Positions 58,319 to 64,000 of a DNA stretch of 64,000 nucleotides are shown here, piece by piece (the first letter of the stretch is position 1; every line of letters begins with the position of its first letter). The position numbers and the translations under genes were made by a program. The notes under the pieces were generated by a model that was not told the origin of the DNA, did no database searches, and saw nothing but the letters and a program-made list of their open reading frames with translations. Origin of the DNA: a virus; IMG/VR virus record IMGVR_UViG_3300002052_000002, positions 32,001 to 96,000 of that record; one strand, 5' to 3'.

Positions 58319-60134
58319 AGATACCATCCTGTCCTCTATTAACTGTAATTTGTCGTCCAAAAGATCCAGCTATTTCTTCTTTATGGCTTATGACAAAGAC
58401 ATGGAACACGTCTTGTATAATCATATAAAGAAGCCTAATTACGTCTTCTTGACCTTTAAGATCTAAAGATAAATCAAGTACTTCGTCTAATAATAGAAAG
58501 TCGAAGGATGTCTTACTATAATCTCTGCATAGCAGAAATATACTTAATAATGTAGCAAGATTGAGGCGTTGCCGCTGACCATCACTTAGGCCAGCATACG
58601 GTATACGCCTTTCATCTTTTCTAACCACAATATCAATCTCTTCCTTTAAGGCCTTGGATTTCAATTCTCTCTGAGGCCTTATTTCTATTTGGAATCTTTC
58701 AGAAGAGATCGCCCCTAAGAAACGATTTACAAGAAGCTCAAGCCTTCCGAATGCTCTTTCTATAATATAAGAGGAGACTCCTTCTCTAGATAGAACCCAT
58801 TTTAAGAAGCCATGAATATCTATCTTTTGAGAGACATCCTCTAATGATTTTGTTAGGCCTTCCACTTCTCCTTCACTTCTCTTAATGGAATCCTGTAGAT
58901 TCTTAAGGAGAGGGAGGAAAGGATTAGGACGCTCTCGTAATTCTTTTAAGTCAGTCTGTAGTTTCTTTGTCCATTCTTCATCGGCTTGTTTTTGACTATT
59001 ATGAGAGGCCATCTGTAGTTCGGTCTGGTGTATTACATGCTCTAGTCTATCTACATCTTGTTTTATAGAATTGAGTTCTGTTAGCTTCTTTTCAAAAGAC
59101 ATTAATTTTGCATAGTTAATATGCAAACACTTCGCATTCTCTGCGAGAGCTTCTTGTAATTCTTTCTTATGATTATCAGCAGCAATTGCTGTTATTAAAG
59201 ATCCACAATGTCTACAAGTAAAACCTTCTTTCTTATAAAGAAGTTCTTCTAATGCTTCTTGGTCATCCGCCATTTCAGCGGAACTAACAGCGTTTTCGTC
59301 CTGGAGAGTCCTAATAAGATTATGAATACGATCCTCTTCCTTCTCTGCTGCACTTGCTCTATCAATGGTGTCTTTTAATTCAATTCGTAACTTTTTAAAA
59401 TCTTCGGAATAATCTGTATATTTTCTATCCTTTATAATACCTAATTGATACTGAAGATCTTTTTCATTCCGCTCCATATCTTGACGATAGCTATTGGACT
59501 TTTCTTGAACCATTTCAAATTTATGTTGACAATCCTCTAGAACTCTCTTCTCAAGATCTATTCTAGCATTGCAAGTATCATAATCTTTCTGGAGTTTATC
59601 ATATGCCATCTTTACTCGTTCGGCGACGACATCTAACTCTTCTAATCCTAATATCATTTTGAAGAGTTGCTTTTTGTCAGCATCCCCCATGCTGGCTAGG
59701 AATTCTCCTGAATATTGGGTGAAGAGGTTGACTCTGGTGAAGAGGGAATAACTGGTTCTGAAAGTGGAGTTGATAATTTCTTGGATATCTCGCTTATGGC
59801 CTTTGATAGCGTTTCCTCCACTTGTGAAAGCAACTTCACCGTCTCGTCGAGTGATCTCATACATAGTCCCACTTGAACTACTAAATCTACCTTTAACTTG
59901 TACAGGTTCTTTAGAGTCCCATCTACGTACTCCCTCATGTGTGAGACCTGTTGGAGTTTTTCCGAAAAGACAGTAACACACTCCCGCAAAGATGCTTGAC
60001 TTTCCGCATCCATTAGAGCCTCCTCCTATCTCATTATATCCTTTAATTAGATATAGTCCTGGCTTACTAAAATCGATTTCAGCATGCTTGAAAGACATAA
60101 AGTTATCTAATGTCAGATATTCTAATTTAAACAT
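58305..60134 (-). CDS. SbcC/Rad50/gp46-like SMC ATPase
   Basis: NGCGKSS, CRHC zinc hook, LSDGQ signature, LLLDE, ISH. Confidence 0.95.
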   Translation of the reverse strand: MFKLEYLTLDNFMSFKHAEIDFSKPGLYLIKGYNEIGGGSNGCGKSSIFAGVCYCLFGKTPTGLTHEGVRRWDSKEPVQVKGRFSSSSGTMYEITRRDGEVAFTSGGNAIKGHKRDIQEIINSTFRTSYSLFTRVNLFTQYSGEFLASMGDADKKQLFKMILGLEELDVVAERVKMAYDKLQKDYDTCNARIDLEKRVLEDCQHKFEMVQEKSNSYRQDMERNEKDLQYQLGIIKDRKYTDYSEDFKKLRIELKDTIDRASAAEKEEDRIHNLIRTLQDENAVSSAEMADDQEALEELLYKKEGFTCRHCGSLITAIAADNHKKELQEALAENAKCLHINYAKLMSFEKKLTELNSIKQDVDRLEHVIHQTELQMASHNSQKQADEEWTKKLQTDLKELRERPNPFLPLLKNLQDSIKRSEGEVEGLTKSLEDVSQKIDIHGFLKWVLSREGVSSYIIERAFGRLELLVNRFLGAISSERFQIEIRPQRELKSKALKEEIDIVVRKDERRIPYAGLSDGQRQRLNLATLLSIFLLCRDYSKTSFDFLLLDEVLDLSLDLKGQEDVIRLLYMIIQDVFHVFVISHKEEIAGSFGRQITVNRGQDGISKIV

Positions 60135-61059
60135 TCTTTAACCATTCCTTGTAAGCATTATTCCAATAATTCTTAAAAGAGTGAGTTTTACCGCTTACCC
60201 AATAAGTATAATCTGGATTACTATTCCAATATGGATAATGCCATTTATATTCGGTCATCATTTCCAATGCTAAAGCAGTAGCTATCCACGGATCATTCTC
60301 TAGTTCGTGTAATTTAAATTCTAAATCTGCTCCCTTTATATTGAACCTACCAGCAATAGTAGATGGTAAAAATTGGAAGCAACTTACTTCCCTCTTCTTG
60401 CCTCTTTTATTTACAAAATGAGATTCCTGCCAAGCCAATCCAACTAATTTATATAGAGTTTCCTCATTTGGAGCAAGTTTTAACATCGCTTCTGCGTACT
60501 GCCAGATCTCATACTTTCGTGTGTCTCCATATAGTACATCCATAATCTTCCGCTGGTACTGCATTTCAGTAAATCCTAGATGACTCATCTTAGCATGCCG
60601 TTGGAATATATCAGTTTCTATCTCCGACTTATTCGTATATTTAATACCAGCCTTTTTGAACATGAATTTAGTTAGTATCTCTAATTTCACTTCATTAGGC
60701 ATTGGAGGCGGAGGTGGCAAAGGTTTAATCTCACCTTTCTGAATGATGAGCTTCTGACCTGGAAATATAATATTTGGATCGGCTATTATATTTCTATTAA
60801 GATTATATATGTCAGGCCATTTGTCGTGCTTCCCATAAAGATTATAGGCTATCCCACTAAGTGTATCATTTGGTTGTACAATATAGATCTTAGCGGGCTG
60901 CTGCTGTACCGCCTTCTGCTGCGTATACCCTTGTCCTTGGTTCTTGTGCCCTTCCTGGCCGCACTTCCCAATGAGGCTCAGGGAATACATTGTCAGGAGC
61001 AGGAGCGAGGCCGCCACCACGTACCGCCCTATATTCCCTTTCTTGTTCCATATCTTCAT
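60127..61059 (-). CDS. membrane-anchored LysM + lytic transglycosylase-like protein
   Basis: N-terminal TM; YIVQPNDTLSGIA...IFPGQKL; WQESHF and FQFLPST. Confidence 0.8.
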   Translation of the reverse strand: MKIWNKKGNIGRYVVAASLLLLTMYSLSLIGKCGQEGHKNQGQGYTQQKAVQQQPAKIYIVQPNDTLSGIAYNLYGKHDKWPDIYNLNRNIIADPNIIFPGQKLIIQKGEIKPLPPPPPMPNEVKLEILTKFMFKKAGIKYTNKSEIETDIFQRHAKMSHLGFTEMQYQRKIMDVLYGDTRKYEIWQYAEAMLKLAPNEETLYKLVGLAWQESHFVNKRGKKREVSCFQFLPSTIAGRFNIKGADLEFKLHELENDPWIATALALEMMTEYKWHYPYWNSNPDYTYWVSGKTHSFKNYWNNAYKEWLKNV

Positions 61060-61189
61060 TAAGTCCTCCTTCAAGATTTATTATAATCCTTCCATAGGCT
61101 AAAGAATCCATCAGAATTTGTACTTTATCAATATTCCAATCATCATCGACTCTGGCATTGACAAATTCTTTTAAATGACGTCCTTTCAT
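60890..61189 (-). CDS. hypothetical protein
   Basis: ORF track; ATGA coupling to the upstream gene. Confidence 0.5.
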   Translation of the reverse strand: MKGRHLKEFVNARVDDDWNIDKVQILMDSLAYGRIIINLEGGLNEDMEQEREYRAVRGGGLAPAPDNVFPEPHWEVRPGRAQEPRTRVYAAEGGTAAAR

Positions 61190-62166
61190 TGTCTAACCTC
61201 CCTTAGAACTTTGATTGCCTTTTGCTTATCAATAGCGGTCGTAGTCCCCTCGATAAATCTTTCTACTGTATCCCACAAATCCTCGTTCTCTTTCTCTTCT
61301 AATCTAGCCTCACGAGTAGGGGCAAATTCGTAGGAGACTTGAACCCTATGATTCAAAGCTGGCACTTTCACTTCTGGTGAAGTAACTTTCAATCTATAAT
61401 AATCAGTATTCTTCTCAAAGAATTCTAATAGTGTTTCCAATTCTTCTTGAGTAGATACTGTTGCTTCTTTGAATTTTGGTGATTGTATTTGTATAAATCT
61501 GGATTTACCATCTTCGAAAATTGTGACTCCCCTATCCAATATATCCTCTCCAAATTGATTAGCCATCACAGATCCTATATACATTGCTTCTGTAGCTCCA
61601 TATATTTTTACCAATTGTCTAGTATGGAAGTGCCCTAGATAAATATACTTATAGCCGAAAAGACTTTCTGGGGGAGTTCCATCTACATGAGTCCTAGTAA
61701 AATCCGCATTTACATACGCACCATTTAATCCGATATGGCCTAGCAGGATATCATTCTTCACTTTTGGAATCGGACAATCCCAGGGCACCATATCAATCCC
61801 ATTATCTAATTGTGTAGTATTTTCATATAGATATACATTCTTAATATCATCAAAGTTAGCCAGTATAGTTAACTTTCTAAACTGGTCATGATTACCAACT
61901 AACATATGTACTGGACATGCTTCTGCTAAATTATTAACTACCAAGTATGCCGCGTTATAAATTATCTTAGGAATACTTTCAGTTAGCCCATGCAATAAAT
62001 CCCCTAGAAAATATATAGCTTCTACTTTTTCCTTCCTAGCAACTTCAGCTACTTTATTTATTACCATGAGTTGTTCTAGAAGTCTAGTATTCATTCCATT
62101 CTCATTAACAGTAGAGAACTGGGTATATGTGGATAAATGGAGATCTGTAAATAATAGTATTTTCAT
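61186..62166 (-). CDS. SbcD/Mre11/gp47-like metallophosphoesterase nuclease
   Basis: DLH, GDLLH, GNHD, GHFH. Confidence 0.95.
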   Translation of the reverse strand: MKILLFTDLHLSTYTQFSTVNENGMNTRLLEQLMVINKVAEVARKEKVEAIYFLGDLLHGLTESIPKIIYNAAYLVVNNLAEACPVHMLVGNHDQFRKLTILANFDDIKNVYLYENTTQLDNGIDMVPWDCPIPKVKNDILLGHIGLNGAYVNADFTRTHVDGTPPESLFGYKYIYLGHFHTRQLVKIYGATEAMYIGSVMANQFGEDILDRGVTIFEDGKSRFIQIQSPKFKEATVSTQEELETLLEFFEKNTDYYRLKVTSPEVKVPALNHRVQVSYEFAPTREARLEEKENEDLWDTVERFIEGTTTAIDKQKAIKVLREVRQ

Positions 62167-62426
62167 GTCGTCTCTGGTACAAACTCTGCTAAAATATCAT
62201 TTGGATTATCTACCGGAATTACTTCCCCAGGCAAAACCTCTATAATTTTAAATAGAAATTCTCCTTCATGTTCTCTTTCATGATCCCTAACTAGTATTTT
62301 TCTGGAAATTCCAGATGGATAATCATGTTTGAGGATTTTCATGATATGTTGCCACCAATCTATATGGCCTCCAATTTGTTCCGTCTGTAGGATATATGGT
62401 CCATCCACCATTATTAATGCCACCAT
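62163..62426 (-). CDS. hypothetical protein
   Basis: ORF track. Confidence 0.6.
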   Translation of the reverse strand: MVALIMVDGPYILQTEQIGGHIDWWQHIMKILKHDYPSGISRKILVRDHEREHEGEFLFKIIEVLPGEVIPVDNPNDILAEFVPETT

Positions 62427-62523
62427 AATAATAAGTCACGGTACCTGTTGAATTGTTTATCATTTCCAGGATATTTACTTTCTTATTTTCTTCTTCCTCA
62501 TGTTTATGTTTCAATATTTTCAT
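62323..62523 (-). CDS. hypothetical protein
   Basis: ORF track, start moved to ATG 62523. Confidence 0.45.
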   Translation of the reverse strand: MKILKHKHEEEENKKVNILEMINNSTGTVTYYYGGINNGGWTIYPTDGTNWRPYRLVATYHENPQT

Positions 62524-62527
62524 ATTT

Positions 62528-63535
62528 TCACATATAGAAATATGGTTTGGAAAACCTCTCATCCTCCAGGATTTCTGGATGTTCTGCTAGAATCTTATAA
62601 AAATCTTTAGCGTAAAAAGAGATATCCCCATATTTATTCCAGGCTCCAGACGTAGTTATGATTCCCAAATCGATAGCTATATCTAATAATCCACTATAGG
62701 GATCTAGGCCACGTGACCAAGTCAATTCCATTTCACACTCTCCAAATGGAGGAGCACAGGAATTCTTAGCTACTCGTACTCTAAGGGTAACTCCTATTGG
62801 CCTGTTCTTTTTCTCCAATAGGATAGGAGTAGTTTTCAACAACTCTAGCCTCACTGTGGAATGGAACTTAGAGCCTCGTCCTCCTGGAGTATCTGGCTTA
62901 AATCCACCTGGGCTATCAATAATATGGTTTGCCAACATCATTATTGATTGTGTATCAGCAACAAGTCCAGGTAGAATACGCATAGCCTGTTTAATCTTCT
63001 GAGCCCTACGTCCTTGATCCGCTTTCATGTCTCCCTCTTCTACATCGCCAATTTCTTTAATGGTAGAAGCGGCGGCGATGCTATCAAGAGCAATTAAAAG
63101 TTTTCTTTTCTTCCCAATGTCATTTAGAAGTTCATAGGAAGCAACAGTAAAATCCTCTACTGTGGGGGGATGGAATAGAATTAGATTATCATTGTTCACT
63201 CCATGTATGGCTCCGAAAGTCTTATCGTATCTCCGCTCTACATCTGCTAGAGCGAAGATTCCACCCATCTTCTGCATTTCAGCTCCAGCCTTGAGAATTA
63301 GTAAGGTTTTTCCAGTAGATGGATCCCCAAATAATTCGCAGATTTGTCCGCTAGGATAACCACCTGTACCATCTACTCTCATGCTCATAACATAATCCAA
63401 AGCTAAATTACCACTATGCAGAAACCATTGGTTTGGAGGGGCCAGTATCCCCATAGTTTCTCGAAAATTCTGTACTATCGCCTCTACAGATTCTTCTGTA
63501 ATTGGTTCACTCGTCGTTTTCTTCTGGCGCGCCAT
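62528..63535 (-). CDS. recA: RecA/UvsX-like recombinase
   Basis: SGNLALD, GDPSTGKT, ALDSIAA, TPGGRG.KFHSTVR, KNSCAPPF. Confidence 0.95.
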   Translation of the reverse strand: MARQKKTTSEPITEESVEAIVQNFRETMGILAPPNQWFLHSGNLALDYVMSMRVDGTGGYPSGQICELFGDPSTGKTLLILKAGAEMQKMGGIFALADVERRYDKTFGAIHGVNNDNLILFHPPTVEDFTVASYELLNDIGKKRKLLIALDSIAAASTIKEIGDVEEGDMKADQGRRAQKIKQAMRILPGLVADTQSIMMLANHIIDSPGGFKPDTPGGRGSKFHSTVRLELLKTTPILLEKKNRPIGVTLRVRVAKNSCAPPFGECEMELTWSRGLDPYSGLLDIAIDLGIITTSGAWNKYGDISFYAKDFYKILAEHPEILEDERFSKPYFYM

Positions 63536-63905
63536 ATACTATCAATCTCCTTTTAGCGTCAAAAAGTATATCCTTCATGATTCTATTCACTATCATGTTC
63601 GGATTATTTGTCTCTACAGCTCTAAGACTGCAATATTTTACCCATCTATTTTCACAATCTTGTGCTGAAGCAACTATGATTTCTGCCGCACATTTACCTC
63701 TATGTTTACAATTTATGCAAATACAAGCATGACTTGCCTCTTGTTGCGACGGACAAGGAAAAAGGCAAGCTGGTTGGCTTGCCTTAGTTTTGTCTAATAA
63801 ATCTAGTGCTTCATGCAAAGCTTTCAATCTAACTTCTTCCCTATCTTTCTTTCTCTTCCAAAAAGCAAGTAAAGAAAATAGTTTTGAAAGGCTCATAATT
63901 ACCAT
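63507..63905 (-). CDS. hypothetical Cys-rich protein
   Basis: ORF track. Confidence 0.6.
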   Translation of the reverse strand: MVIMSLSKLFSLLAFWKRKKDREEVRLKALHEALDLLDKTKASQPACLFPCPSQQEASHACICINCKHRGKCAAEIIVASAQDCENRWVKYCSLRAVETNNPNMIVNRIMKDILFDAKRRLIVYGAPEENDE

Positions 63906-64000
63906 CCTCGCGGATCAGCTCTATAATTGGCCGCATGGTCAATGTCTATCATCTGTTTCAGAATCATACCAGCAATTTCCTCTGCATCACACCTGTTATA

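Noticed and set aside
1-64000. tRNA genes, CRISPR arrays, integrase, reverse transcriptase/DGR, stop-codon reassignment
   Set aside because: None recognised; long genes are intact under the standard code and TAA, TAG and TGA all serve as stops.

Overview
The window is part of a large tailed dsDNA phage genome, probably podovirus-like (P22/SU10-type portal and capsid, adaptor, nozzle, ejection proteins, no tape-measure gene). It has four parts. (1) 1-3.9 kb: a minus-strand putative early region that is dense in RNA structure. (2) 4.3-9.0 kb: small plus-strand accessory genes (GNAT, YkgJ-type Cys cluster, M14 peptidase, LuxR-type HTH). (3) 9.2-58.3 kb: plus-strand packaging, head, tail and ejection genes, then an eight-gene glycosylation/modification cluster and lysis genes. 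(4) 58.3-64 kb: minus-strand recombination genes (SbcC/SbcD-like, RecA) with a LysM-lytic transglycosylase. The strongest candidate for an undescribed system is the early region, which is built like an rRNA operon. Four boxA-like antitermination motifs occur in series, three of them followed immediately by one arm of a long-range stem that closes around protein-coding genes. A type II hammerhead ribozyme sits between units, and a roughly 0.75-1 kb multi-helix non-coding RNA lies just before the terminator. All protein calls are from motif recognition by eye; no database searches were run.
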